The notes under the pieces: model-generated
Told to the model about the DNA's origin: nothing
Seen by the model: the letters and a program-made list of their open reading frames with translations, nothing else
The model's database searches: none
Shown here: positions 19,288 through 28,696 of the stretch, piece by piece
Layout of the letters: each line of letters opens with the position of its first letter
Numbering within the stretch: position 1 is the first letter of the stretch
Assembly: GCA_964610055.1 (NCBI GenBank)
Contig: CAZSUC010000001.1
Coordinates: 505,692 to 569,691, forward strand
Direction: 5' to 3'
DNA from: an uncultured Candidatus Saccharibacteria bacterium
GTDB taxonomy: Bacteria > Patescibacteriota > Andersenbacteria > UBA10190
Length of the DNA: 64,000 nucleotides
Translations under genes and position numbers: made by a program

Positions 19288-21069
19288 CTATTCCAAAACA
19301 GCTTTAATGCGACGAATGCCAGCTCCAGCCGATTCCTCTTTTTTTATCTTAAAATGGCCTAATTCTCCAGTGCGAGACACATGGGGACCTCCGCAAATCT
19401 CTTTTGAATAGTCACCAATCGTATAGACACTCACTTTTTCTTCATATTTATGGGTAAACAATCCAATCGCACCAGCAGCTTTTGCTTCACCCACTGTCAT
19501 CTCTTCTCTGATTACCGGTAAATTTTGTTCAATCTGTTCGTTAACCTGTTGCGTAACCTGGTCAATTTGTTCCGGAGTTAACTTCGCATCATGCGTAAAA
19601 TCAAATCGTAATCTTTCAGGATTTATATTGCTTCCTTTTTGTTGCACATGATCACCTATGATACGCCGCAAAGCCTGATGCAATAAATGTGTAGTCGTAT
19701 GATATCGAACTGATTGTTCCGAATGATCAGATAGGCCACCCGCAAAACGCCCTGCTGTTGCCGTGCGCGACGTATCGCGATGTTCTTGTAGCGCCTTATC
19801 AAAACCTGCGTGATCAATTTCTAACCCCTTTTCATGCGCAATCTCTTCAGTTAACTCTAACGGAAAACCATATGACTCATACAATCTAAACACAACATCG
19901 CCTGGAATTGTATCCTTCCAGTTAAAACCAGTCTTTGCTAATTCCTTTAACCCCCGATCTAAAGCTGACTGAAAACGTTGAATTTCTTGTCCCAACTCGT
20001 TCAAGACTAAATCTTGGTGCTTTCTTAAACTAGGATAAGATTCCGCATATTCATTAATTACACACTCCGCGCCCGCACGCATCAAAGTTTCAATATTTTT
20101 TATTCCCAAAATTCGCGCTGACCGAACTGCGCGTCGAATAATGCGACGTAAAACATAACCTTGTTCTGACTTACTAGGCGCAATCGGAACATCGTCCCCC
20201 AAGACAAAAGTCGCCGCTTTTATATGATCGGCTAAAATTCTTTCCTGTCTCTCGTCTGCTTGCGATTCATTTTGACGAATCAGTTCCATTAAAGGTTGAT
20301 AAGAGTCAATTTCATAAATCGAACTCAATCTATTCAAAACCATAACCGTTCGCTCTAAACCCATGCCAGTATCTACGTTTTGCTGTGGCAATGACTCATA
20401 TTCACCGCTATCCGTGCGGTTAAATTGCATAAATACGTCATTCCAAATTTCTACCCAAGAATTATTCTCTGGATCAAATTTAACTGGCGGATCGGATTCT
20501 CCGGTCCAAAAAAACATTTCTGTATCTGGCCCTTGCGGCCCCGGAGCCTTCCCTCCAGCTGGCCACCAGTTATCTTCTTTCCCTAAAAAGGCAATTCTTT
20601 CTTCTGGTACACCAACTGATTTCCACACTTCGAATGCTTCATTGTCCCGTTGGTTTTGCTTATCTCCTCCAAAGACACTTACTGCTAAATATTCAGGTTT
20701 GATTCCTAACCATCGCGCATCAGTCAAGAATTCCCAACTAAATCTAATTGCTTCTTCTTTAAAATAATCACCTAAAGACCAATTCCCTAACATTTCAAAT
20801 ACAGTGGCATGGGTCGGATCTCCCACAGCTTCAATATCGGTCGTGCGTAAACACTTTTGAACATCTGTTAAGCGCGTACCAGCTGGATGAGGCTGACCTT
20901 TTAAATACGGTACTAACGGGTGCATACCAGCCGTAGTAAACAAAACTGACGGATCATTTTCTGGTACTAAGGGTGCCGATGAGATACGTGCATGCCCTTT
21001 GCTTTCAAAAAAACGTTGATATGTTTCTCTTAAGTCTCGAGAGGTTAATTTCTGCATAAGTTGCAGCAT
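19288..21069 (-). CDS. alaS: Alanine--tRNA ligase, short form (start may be 21057)
   Basis: VLFTTAGMHPL, FEMLGNWS, DTGMGLER, editing motifs HTTTH and CGGPH, ends GIRRIKA. Confidence 0.97.
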   Translation of the reverse strand: MLQLMQKLTSRDLRETYQRFFESKGHARISSAPLVPENDPSVLFTTAGMHPLVPYLKGQPHPAGTRLTDVQKCLRTTDIEAVGDPTHATVFEMLGNWSLGDYFKEEAIRFSWEFLTDARWLGIKPEYLAVSVFGGDKQNQRDNEAFEVWKSVGVPEERIAFLGKEDNWWPAGGKAPGPQGPDTEMFFWTGESDPPVKFDPENNSWVEIWNDVFMQFNRTDSGEYESLPQQNVDTGMGLERTVMVLNRLSSIYEIDSYQPLMELIRQNESQADERQERILADHIKAATFVLGDDVPIAPSKSEQGYVLRRIIRRAVRSARILGIKNIETLMRAGAECVINEYAESYPSLRKHQDLVLNELGQEIQRFQSALDRGLKELAKTGFNWKDTIPGDVVFRLYESYGFPLELTEEIAHEKGLEIDHAGFDKALQEHRDTSRTATAGRFAGGLSDHSEQSVRYHTTTHLLHQALRRIIGDHVQQKGSNINPERLRFDFTHDAKLTPEQIDQVTQQVNEQIEQNLPVIREEMTVGEAKAAGAIGLFTHKYEEKVSVYTIGDYSKEICGGPHVSRTGELGHFKIKKEESAGAGIRRIKAVLE

Positions 21070-21079
21070 AGCTAATCTG

Positions 21080-21088
21080 TGCTATTCT
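21080..21088 (+). promoter_or_regulatory. Extended -10 (TGcTATTCT) upstream of the tRNA-like RNA
   Basis: TGCTATTCT ending 22 nt before G1; TTGCAG at 21061-21066 as possible -35 (16-nt spacer). Confidence 0.45.
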
Positions 21089-21110
21089 GTCATCGTTGTT
21101 CTTATTTAAT

Positions 21111-21297
21111 GAGACTGTAGCTCAATGACAGAGCATGTGAATCCAGGACATAGGGTATGTCAAGTCCTATCTTCATAGAAAAACGGGATAAGTCAACTCC
21201 TCCCGATTTTTTGTGAATAGGGCGCAATTCTCTAATACAGAATTGCCGGCAGCACTATTGTCTTCACAGGTCGTGGGTTCAAATCCTACCAGTCTCA
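21111..21297 (+). ncRNA. tRNA-like RNA with a 123-nt insert in place of the anticodon loop (possibly an interrupted tRNA with CCA anticodon)
   Basis: Acceptor GAGACTG/CAGTCTC, TA, D-stem GCTC/GAGC, anticodon stem TGTGA/TCACA, variable GGTC, T-arm GTGGG-TTCAAAT-CCTAC, discriminator A; no encoded 3' CCA. Confidence 0.8.
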
Positions 21298-21302
21298 TCT
21301 TT

Positions 21303-21329
21303 AGTCCCTTATTTATAAGGGACTTTCTT
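21303..21329. terminator. Hairpin terminator between the tRNA-like RNA and the convergent LOG gene
   Basis: AGTCCCTTA-TTTA-TAAGGGACT followed by TTCTT. Confidence 0.65.
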
Positions 21330-22017
21330 AAAAATACTTACGTTCTTTTGAATCCTTGATCAGATTGAAAGCTTCTTGAGCCGTATCTACGATTGTATAA
21401 ATTTCTGTATCTCCAGGCGCAATAGTTTTATATTTTTCCACTAAATGAGTTCTCACCCAACTATCAAGTGGACCCCAAAACTCAGCTCCTAGACAAATTG
21501 CTGGCACATCCTCCATTTTTTTAGTTTGCAGCAAAGTAATCATTTCAAAAAACTCGTCTAAAGTTCCAAACCCACCCGGAAAGAAAACATATGCCTGCGC
21601 TGAAGCTGACAGCATGACTTTACGAGTAAAGAAATAATGGAAACCAATACCTTTATCAACATATGGATTTCGTCGTTGTTCCGACGGTAATTCAATATCT
21701 AACCCTATCGATTCTCCACCGGCCTCATGTGCCCCCCGGTTACCAGCCTCCATAATTCCCGGCCCACCACCAGTAATCACAGTAAATCCTGCCTCTCCAA
21801 GTAATTGCCCTAACTCACGCGCTTGTTTATACCAAGGAGAATCTTCTGTTAAACGAGCTGACCCAAAAAAAGTTACTTCTTTTCTTAGTGGTGCTAAAAA
21901 TTCAAATCCAGAAATAAATTCAGCCATAATCCGAAAAATGCGCCAATTCGCATCCTCGGCAAAATTAAAAGGCTTATCAATATTGAACAAATCTACTTCC
22001 TTTGCAGTATTACGCAT
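21328..22017 (-). CDS. LOG/Rossmann-fold nucleotide-binding protein (TIGR00730-like)
   Basis: FFGSAR, TGGGPGIMEAGNRGA, PGGFGTLDE. Confidence 0.9.
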   Translation of the reverse strand: MRNTAKEVDLFNIDKPFNFAEDANWRIFRIMAEFISGFEFLAPLRKEVTFFGSARLTEDSPWYKQARELGQLLGEAGFTVITGGGPGIMEAGNRGAHEAGGESIGLDIELPSEQRRNPYVDKGIGFHYFFTRKVMLSASAQAYVFFPGGFGTLDEFFEMITLLQTKKMEDVPAICLGAEFWGPLDSWVRTHLVEKYKTIAPGDTEIYTIVDTAQEAFNLIKDSKERKYF

Positions 22018-22041
22018 AACTCAAACTATTATAGCACATTC

Positions 22042-23685
22042 TTAAAGCGGCAGAGGTGGTAAAACTTTTTGCGCTTCCTGCTGCTTATTTTTATCTTGTC
22101 TTACAATATCCCAACATTCTTTACAGTATGCTGGTTTCCCTTGAGTGGGCAGAAAAGGAACGTCCGCCTGTTTTCCGCAACGAGCACACGTAATGATGTG
22201 TTTATGCGTATTTTTATTCCGGCTTTTTTGCTGATCTTTTTGCAAAAAACTCGCCAGGTCATTAATCGGTGCTTCTTTTGACTTAAGCACCACCTCTTCT
22301 AAAGCATTAGAGGCAATCTCCGAAGCAGACGGAATAGCAGATGTTTGCTTACGAGTATTCACCTGATCATTGCTTTCTTCTCGTCCTTCTTCCTCAAAAG
22401 CAGAACCGCTCCAGCGTCTAATTTTATCTTCAACAATCTGTTTTTTTCTGCCAAAACGTTCTCGCGAAACTTTTCGCACCACTTCACCTTTTGTAAACTT
22501 AAGTTCTTCTGGTGGCAACGTTTTCATACTAAACGGACGACTACTAATTCCGTTAATCATCAACTTGATATACGCGTTATATTTATCCAAATTTACTAAA
22601 TCAGCTTGCGTAAACACCGGCACAAATTCTTGTTCTAAATACTCTGCATCCGCTGCCCCTACTCTAAACGATACGATCGTGCCTACGTTTCCAAAAACTG
22701 CATCAGTCACCTCTTCTTCCATCTGTTTCACGTATTGATGTGCAATGGTTAGGTTGAGACGATATTTTCTTGCCTCCGATAAAATATCAGCAAAAGATTC
22801 AGTCGCAAAATTCTGAAATTCGTCTACGTACAAATAAAAATCTTTGCGTTCTTCTTCTGGAATTGCTGCCCGATCCATCGCTGCTAACTGAATTCGATTG
22901 ATCAACATTGCGCCTAACAGCCCCGAGTTATCCTCGCCAATTTTGCCTTTCGAGACATTCACTAACAAAATCTTTCCTTCATTCATAATCTCGTTCATAT
23001 TGATCGTGCTTTTAGGCTGCGCCACGATATTACGAATAATAGATGAACTTAATAGCTGCCCCACTTTGTTTTGAATTGGAGAAATCGCCTCGGTTCGAAA
23101 ACGCTCGTTATAGTTGGCAAACTCAGTCGTCCAAAAAGCTTTCACCACCGGATCCTGGATACAATCCACTACTTTTTTACGATAAGTTTTATCTGACAAC
23201 ATCCGTAAAATACCTAGAATTGTACTCGACGGATAATCCAGTAACGCTAAAATTGTATTTCTCAAAATATATTCCAACCGTGGCCCCCATGAATCCGCCC
23301 AAATTTTCTTTAATGAGCTCACTAGTCCAGAAGCAATCAGATATTTATACTGCGGGTCAAAAGCTTCTAATACATTAAATGCCACCGGATAATCTACATC
23401 GGAAGGATCAAAATACACCACGTCATTTATCCGTTCTGGTGGAATTGCATTTAATAATTTCTCGACCGTGTCCCCGTGCGGATCGACATAACAGACTCCT
23501 TTCCCCTGCACGATATCCTGAATAATCATATTCTCTAGCAACGTCGACTTTCCTACTCCTGTCTTTCCAATTACATATACATGTCTGCGCCTATCATCAG
23601 GGTAAATACCAAATTGTCGGCGTTGATTACGAAAATTCGTCTCTCCTAACACGGTAATATCATTTGTTTTATTCTCATCCGCCAT
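22042..23685 (-). CDS. VirB4/TraG/HerA-like P-loop ATPase with C-terminal CxxC-x17-CxxC domain
   Basis: Walker A GKTGVGKS, DPHGD, Walker B YVDEFQNF, LSEARKY, AHQY; CARC...YCKEC tail. Confidence 0.85.
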   Translation of the reverse strand: MADENKTNDITVLGETNFRNQRRQFGIYPDDRRRHVYVIGKTGVGKSTLLENMIIQDIVQGKGVCYVDPHGDTVEKLLNAIPPERINDVVYFDPSDVDYPVAFNVLEAFDPQYKYLIASGLVSSLKKIWADSWGPRLEYILRNTILALLDYPSSTILGILRMLSDKTYRKKVVDCIQDPVVKAFWTTEFANYNERFRTEAISPIQNKVGQLLSSSIIRNIVAQPKSTINMNEIMNEGKILLVNVSKGKIGEDNSGLLGAMLINRIQLAAMDRAAIPEEERKDFYLYVDEFQNFATESFADILSEARKYRLNLTIAHQYVKQMEEEVTDAVFGNVGTIVSFRVGAADAEYLEQEFVPVFTQADLVNLDKYNAYIKLMINGISSRPFSMKTLPPEELKFTKGEVVRKVSRERFGRKKQIVEDKIRRWSGSAFEEEGREESNDQVNTRKQTSAIPSASEIASNALEEVVLKSKEAPINDLASFLQKDQQKSRNKNTHKHIITCARCGKQADVPFLPTQGKPAYCKECWDIVRQDKNKQQEAQKVLPPLPL

Positions 23686-23688
23686 AGC

Positions 23689-24969
23689 TTATACGTACGG
23701 TAAATTATCAGGTGGTGTCGCCATACCACTCTTCGCCCAAGTAACTCCCGGAGTTCTAACATAACGAGTTGGCAAATGAAAGATTGTTGCTAGTTCTTCC
23801 GCTGTCATCATCTGACCCGACTCATCTCCCCAAAAATCACGGGATTGATAATTCACTAAGGCTACTCGTTTACGCCACATTCTTCGCGCATGCTTCATAA
23901 AATAATTTGGGCCATTAGTTTTATTTCTTGATGGCTTAAAACTATTTAAATGAAACGTATTAAATTGCTTAAAAGCACCAACGGCTTTACTGATATTGGG
24001 CTTATATAATTTTCCGGCCGGGGCAATATAAATCACTCGTATTTTTGCTAAAAACCCCGTTCGGGAAACTTTTTGCAATATTCCTTTCATGGCCGCATCT
24101 TCAGCCGGATTGCTAAACTTTAGGATACGTTCTTGTTTTTCTTCTTCCGCCACCAAAGCCTCAGGACCCTCAAAAGCCGCTTTCATCAGTAATAAGGGGA
24201 AAGATGCAATAGCTTGAACTGCGCGTACAAATAAATTGGGTTCCGGATCCTCCTGGGGCTTTCCTGATATTTTAGAAATTTCTTCTTGTCCTTTTTCCGC
24301 CCATTTTGCAATCGCTCCTGCATCTATCGGTCGGATAAGAACTTGTACCCAAAATTCTTCCCCCGAACCAACATTAGAATAAGCCTCCACTAATGCCTGA
24401 TGAGGATCCATAAACTTTATGTCTTCTGCCAAAGCTTCCTCGTATTCTCGATATACCCGAATCGGATAAATATCAGATTCCACCAATTCAATATCAGCGC
24501 TCCATAAATCGTATGTCTTCTCTAAATTACGATAATCAAAACGACGCGTATAATCTGGTGCTTCTTTCACTTCAGCAGAAGGATATTGTCCATAAATCAC
24601 TCCTTCAAAAAATTTTGCATGTGCTGTCGGAACTATCATGAAATAACGTACTTCATTTTGACGGCACCAGATTTCGCATGAATACCAAGCCAAGAAATAT
24701 CCCATAAAATATTTTTCAACCAAATCTGGATTTTTATGAATTCCACCCCACACTTCAAAAGCATTTTCCATTGCCTTTGGTGTTTGATCATTATCTTCTG
24801 GAATCGAAATCTCAAAAACAGTCCATTCAATCGTAGAAACGTATTCAATGTGCTTAATCAGACGATAAACCTCCCAGGCTATCCATAAAGCTAAGACCAT
24901 TACCAAAATCCAGCCCCACGCCAAAATAGCGTCAAGCAGCACCACCACGGCGGCGCCAAAATCTATCAT
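23689..24969 (-). CDS. N-terminally anchored hypothetical protein, partner of the ATPase
   Basis: N-terminal TM, QYP.AEV...DY, WVQVLIRP, EELATIFHLP; 3 nt from the ATPase start. Confidence 0.7.
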   Translation of the reverse strand: MIDFGAAVVVLLDAILAWGWILVMVLALWIAWEVYRLIKHIEYVSTIEWTVFEISIPEDNDQTPKAMENAFEVWGGIHKNPDLVEKYFMGYFLAWYSCEIWCRQNEVRYFMIVPTAHAKFFEGVIYGQYPSAEVKEAPDYTRRFDYRNLEKTYDLWSADIELVESDIYPIRVYREYEEALAEDIKFMDPHQALVEAYSNVGSGEEFWVQVLIRPIDAGAIAKWAEKGQEEISKISGKPQEDPEPNLFVRAVQAIASFPLLLMKAAFEGPEALVAEEEKQERILKFSNPAEDAAMKGILQKVSRTGFLAKIRVIYIAPAGKLYKPNISKAVGAFKQFNTFHLNSFKPSRNKTNGPNYFMKHARRMWRKRVALVNYQSRDFWGDESGQMMTAEELATIFHLPTRYVRTPGVTWAKSGMATPPDNLPYV

Positions 24970-24990
24970 GTTAATATTATAGCACTCCTC

Positions 24991-26046
24991 TTACGGACGA
25001 CGGAGGGTATATCGATTTTCAGCTGTCTTACGAAAACGCTTATGATTCTGTAAGCCTAATAAAATTGTATTTTTCTTGACTTGACGCTGATTTAAAACTC
25101 GTTTCACCACTTCATCTCGAGTTAACGGAGTATTGGCTTCAGTTAATAATTTTTCAATCACATCTGAAACAGTACCAGCGATATATCCCCACTCTGCCAA
25201 CCCATACAGACCGCGTCCAACCAATACAAAGCGCTTATCTTTAATTAATTCATTATGTACGGTTTGCGCATTGGCGCGTTTGTGGTCAAAATTTGCCGCA
25301 TTAATTAATTCTGTAATCTTAGTAAAATGCTCAGGATTCTTATGGCGTCGCATAACCACATAGGCCTTATCACCTACTCCGCGTGGCTTTGTTTCTGACC
25401 AATCTAATAGACCCCACTCAGCAAATGGCGTCTTATCAATATCTTTGCTTGCGGTTAGAAAAGCTAAAATATGTCTTTCTGGTAACGCTTTATCATCCGC
25501 TTTTAAGTTAGTTCGAATCATTGTTACTATTTCCGATTCTGGTAATGGATGATTATATTGACGTAAAACATTAATCGCTTCTTCTATCACACTTTCGCTT
25601 GTACTTGATACCATATCTGGTAATCGCCAATGAGGCTGGAATAAAGAATGGCGAGATTCTAAACGATAAGGAGGTAAAACATCTAAGTAAAATACAACCG
25701 CATTACGACCTAAATCTTGATGAGCAAATTCAGCAATTGCTGTTACCGCGTTCTCTTCCGTTAAAACTGAGCCGTATGCCAAAAATACCTCATTGATTAA
25801 ATCAGTAGCCGGGTCAGTCAAATGCTTTAGGCCCACCAGCGCCTTCTTGGCTTGAGACTGAATCTGTCGCACTCGTTCACGTGTAATTCCATACTCTCGT
25901 CCGATCGCCTCTAAGGTTTCCGGTTCGTCTTTATTTAATCCATATCGACGCGTCATTACGTCCCGAGAACGTTCGTCCAGAACCTTCATCAGGTTATCAA
26001 TGTTTTTCTTTAAATCAACATTTATTTTTGAGGCCATAGGTGTCAT
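24991..26046 (-). CDS. Sigma70 region-4 HTH plus winged-helix (HARE-HTH-like) protein
   Basis: RYGL...TLEAIGREYGITRERVRQIQ; C-terminal HF..I...QTVHNELI..RFVLVGRGLYGLAEWG; no sigma region 2. Confidence 0.75.
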   Translation of the reverse strand: MTPMASKINVDLKKNIDNLMKVLDERSRDVMTRRYGLNKDEPETLEAIGREYGITRERVRQIQSQAKKALVGLKHLTDPATDLINEVFLAYGSVLTEENAVTAIAEFAHQDLGRNAVVFYLDVLPPYRLESRHSLFQPHWRLPDMVSSTSESVIEEAINVLRQYNHPLPESEIVTMIRTNLKADDKALPERHILAFLTASKDIDKTPFAEWGLLDWSETKPRGVGDKAYVVMRRHKNPEHFTKITELINAANFDHKRANAQTVHNELIKDKRFVLVGRGLYGLAEWGYIAGTVSDVIEKLLTEANTPLTRDEVVKRVLNQRQVKKNTILLGLQNHKRFRKTAENRYTLRRP

Positions 26047-26093
26047 TTATTATTCTTGCTCGTATTTATAGTAAATAATTCTTAATATTGCAA

Positions 26094-26122
26094 ATTATAA
26101 CACTACATTGACTCTAAGTCAA
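26094..26122 (-). promoter_or_regulatory. Promoter TTGACT-N17-TATAAT (TGn-extended) with an inverted repeat over the -35
   Basis: agtcaa 26117-26122 and attata 26094-26099; TTGACT-cta-AGTCAA palindrome at 26108-26122. Confidence 0.75.
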
Positions 26123-26213
26123 GGATACTGCTTCTTAACATACCACCCTACACTAAGCCTCTATTTTTGTACAGCACTGGCTTATTTTCAATATGTCAAA
26201 TCTGATTGACAAA

Positions 26214-27482
26214 CTAGTTAAATAACTCCCTTGCAATACCATCTAAATATCCTGCCGAAAATATGACAATTAAGCCAAAATATTGCGATTCTTTCTGTAA
26301 TATTTCCTTTAATTCTGACCAGTCAGTCAGTGCTATGACGGGCTTATTTTTTGTCTCTAATTCATCTGCTAGTACTGTACTCTCTATTTTATTTTTACCT
26401 TCTTGTCTGGCTCGATAGACCGGACCAACAACTACTTTATCTGCCTCGCTCAAGGCCTCAACAAAATCATGTTGAAACTCTTGGAGACGATCCTCAGTGT
26501 GCGGTTCAATAATTGCCAAGATCTTTTTATCCGCATAATGAGCCCGCGCACCTTTAATTGTAGCCATAATTTCAGTTGGGTGATGGCCATAATCGCTAAC
26601 AATTAACGCTCGATTCAAGTTCCCGATAATTTCAAAACGACGTCCTAATCCCGGAAAAGTAGCTAGCGCCGCTTCCGCTTGGTGACGAGCAACTCCTAAC
26701 AATTCCGCCACCTTGACTGCCAAAGCCGCGTTATGCTGCATATGTTGACCCGGTATCGGTATTTTTATTTCACCCACTAAATCATTTCCAATTGTAATTA
26801 ATTGATTATTTTTAATAACCGGTTTCCATTCACTATATGTTTGTTCATCAGTAATCAATTTTCCTGTAGCCGGTAATTTATCAACCATGACTTGAAAACT
26901 CTGATAAACATCTTTTTTTGATTTGAAAAAATCAGGATGATCAAAATCTAAACTTGTGACAATTAAATATTCCGGATTTAACTTCCAAAAATGATTGCGA
27001 TATTCATCTGCTTCCACTACTAACCACTCATTTTTACCTACCCAGGCATTACCCAGCGGCCACCCCGGAACTTTTGCCCCTAAAAGTATACTCGCTTCAA
27101 CCTTATTATTTAGCAGAATATGCCCCAAAAAAGCTGTTGTTGATGATTTTCCATGCGTACCCGCTACAGCAATAACGTGATAATCCTGACTAAAATCACC
27201 TAACTCTTCTTGATATGGACGCAATGAAATATTAAATTCTTGCGCCATCATCAGTAACGGATGCTGGGCAGTTAAAGCATCCGAGTACACAACCCTTTGA
27301 CATGTTTGAATGCGATCCCGCATTTCCTTTTCGGTTATCAATTCAAATTCTTTTAAATCAGGATCATTAAATATGTCTTGATTTTGGTCACAACCACACA
27401 CTCTCACTCCCTTTGACTGCTCGAGTGCCGCTAACGCTCTCATTCCTGCCCCTCCAATTCCTAGAAAGCAAACTTGACTCAT
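26214..27482 (-). CDS. murC: UDP-MurNAc--L-alanine ligase
   Basis: GIGGAGM, AGTHGKSSTT, VEADE, DHPD, RRFE, DYGHHPTEI. Confidence 0.93.
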   Translation of the reverse strand: MSQVCFLGIGGAGMRALAALEQSKGVRVCGCDQNQDIFNDPDLKEFELITEKEMRDRIQTCQRVVYSDALTAQHPLLMMAQEFNISLRPYQEELGDFSQDYHVIAVAGTHGKSSTTAFLGHILLNNKVEASILLGAKVPGWPLGNAWVGKNEWLVVEADEYRNHFWKLNPEYLIVTSLDFDHPDFFKSKKDVYQSFQVMVDKLPATGKLITDEQTYSEWKPVIKNNQLITIGNDLVGEIKIPIPGQHMQHNAALAVKVAELLGVARHQAEAALATFPGLGRRFEIIGNLNRALIVSDYGHHPTEIMATIKGARAHYADKKILAIIEPHTEDRLQEFQHDFVEALSEADKVVVGPVYRARQEGKNKIESTVLADELETKNKPVIALTDWSELKEILQKESQYFGLIVIFSAGYLDGIARELFN

Positions 27483-27487
27483 GGGAA

Positions 27488-28675
27488 CTAATTTAATCCA
27501 GTTTCATACGCAGCTGCAAATCCTGCTCCTAATCGCAAAGCTAAGTCAGCAATCTGCGCGCCTGCTTGCGGTGTATCTAGCTTCGCAATATTTTGTGCTA
27601 GCCGCTGACGTGTCGCGGGATCGGAAATTAGAGTATGTAAATTATGTTTAAACAATTCCTTACCCGAATTAGCTGGCGGTTCAAGTACAAATACTGCTCC
27701 CGCACGTTCAAAGACCTGAGCATTTTTAATCTGATGATTAGCCGCCGAATGCTCCAGCGGAATTATTAAAGCTGGCTTATGGCATCGTGCCAATTCTGCT
27801 AAAGTTGTTGCTCCGGCTCGCGAAACCACAATGTCAGCTGCCGCCAATGCAATTTCCATGTCATCGCTTAGATAAGGGAAAGGTTTATATTGCTCTTTCC
27901 GAGGAGAATTATTAATTAATTCTTGTGCAACCGTTACCACCGCTTGATAGTGATCCTGACCAGTCACATGAATAATGCTGGCTTCCGCAATAAAAAAAGG
28001 CAAGTGATGCAACAGCAATTCATTCAATTGTTGCGCACCTTGACTGCCGCCAAACATAAAAACTACAACTTCGTTAGCAGCAAAACCAAATTGACGCTTT
28101 GCTGATACTTGGTCAATAGTTCCTAAATTAGTCCGAACCGGAATGCCTGTCACAAATATTTTATTTTTGTATTTTCCCATTTCTTCTCGCGCTTCAGCGA
28201 AACCAACTGCAATCGTTGTCGCAAAACGACTCAACCAACGGTTTGATAAACCCGGTACCGCATCAGATTCATGTAATAAAACTGGAATTCGAAAAAAAAC
28301 AGCTGCTAATACAACCGGAACACTTCCATAACCTCCTTTACTAATAATAACATCCGGCATTTGGCGCCAAACTACAACTAAGGCTTTGGCAATTCCTAGC
28401 GGTAAGTTAACTAATAAGTCGACTATGTTTTTCCAAGAAGCATAACGACGTAATTTACCTGAAACGATATTTGTGACTTTAACATCATATTGGCCAAATA
28501 AGTCTTGTGCCGCCTGATTAACAACTCCCGCAAACACAATTTCTAATTCATTTGGATCAACCCGTGCTGGTAATTTATCTTGCTGCTCAATAAATCTTGT
28601 GCGCAAAGATTCAATCATCGGCACAAATGGTATTAAATGTCCGGCCGTTCCACCGCCGGTCAACATTATCCTCAT
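27488..28675 (-). CDS. murG: Lipid II GlcNAc transferase
   Basis: GGGTAGH, GGYGSVP, HES, GGSQGA, RAGATTLAE, HQIKNA. Confidence 0.96.
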   Translation of the reverse strand: MRIMLTGGGTAGHLIPFVPMIESLRTRFIEQQDKLPARVDPNELEIVFAGVVNQAAQDLFGQYDVKVTNIVSGKLRRYASWKNIVDLLVNLPLGIAKALVVVWRQMPDVIISKGGYGSVPVVLAAVFFRIPVLLHESDAVPGLSNRWLSRFATTIAVGFAEAREEMGKYKNKIFVTGIPVRTNLGTIDQVSAKRQFGFAANEVVVFMFGGSQGAQQLNELLLHHLPFFIAEASIIHVTGQDHYQAVVTVAQELINNSPRKEQYKPFPYLSDDMEIALAAADIVVSRAGATTLAELARCHKPALIIPLEHSAANHQIKNAQVFERAGAVFVLEPPANSGKELFKHNLHTLISDPATRQRLAQNIAKLDTPQAGAQIADLALRLGAGFAAAYETGLN

Positions 28676-28696
28676 ATGTCTAGATTATCACGCTAT

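Noticed and set aside
21141-21263. Canonical group I or archaeal BHB intron
   Set aside because: Very short for group I with no recognisable core, splicing after a terminal G does not restore a purine-37 loop, and the 4-bp BHB helix cannot be formed
21111-21297. tmRNA (ssrA)
   Set aside because: Only 187 nt, has a paired D-stem, G3-C70 instead of G3:U70, and no Ala-ending tag frame
21070-21300. T-box riboswitch upstream of alaS
   Set aside because: No GGTGG.ACC T-box motif on the minus strand; the tRNA-like fold with the TTCAAAT loop is on the plus strand
22042-24969. Integrative conjugative element
   Set aside because: No relaxase, integrase or mating-pair genes and no flanking direct repeats seen
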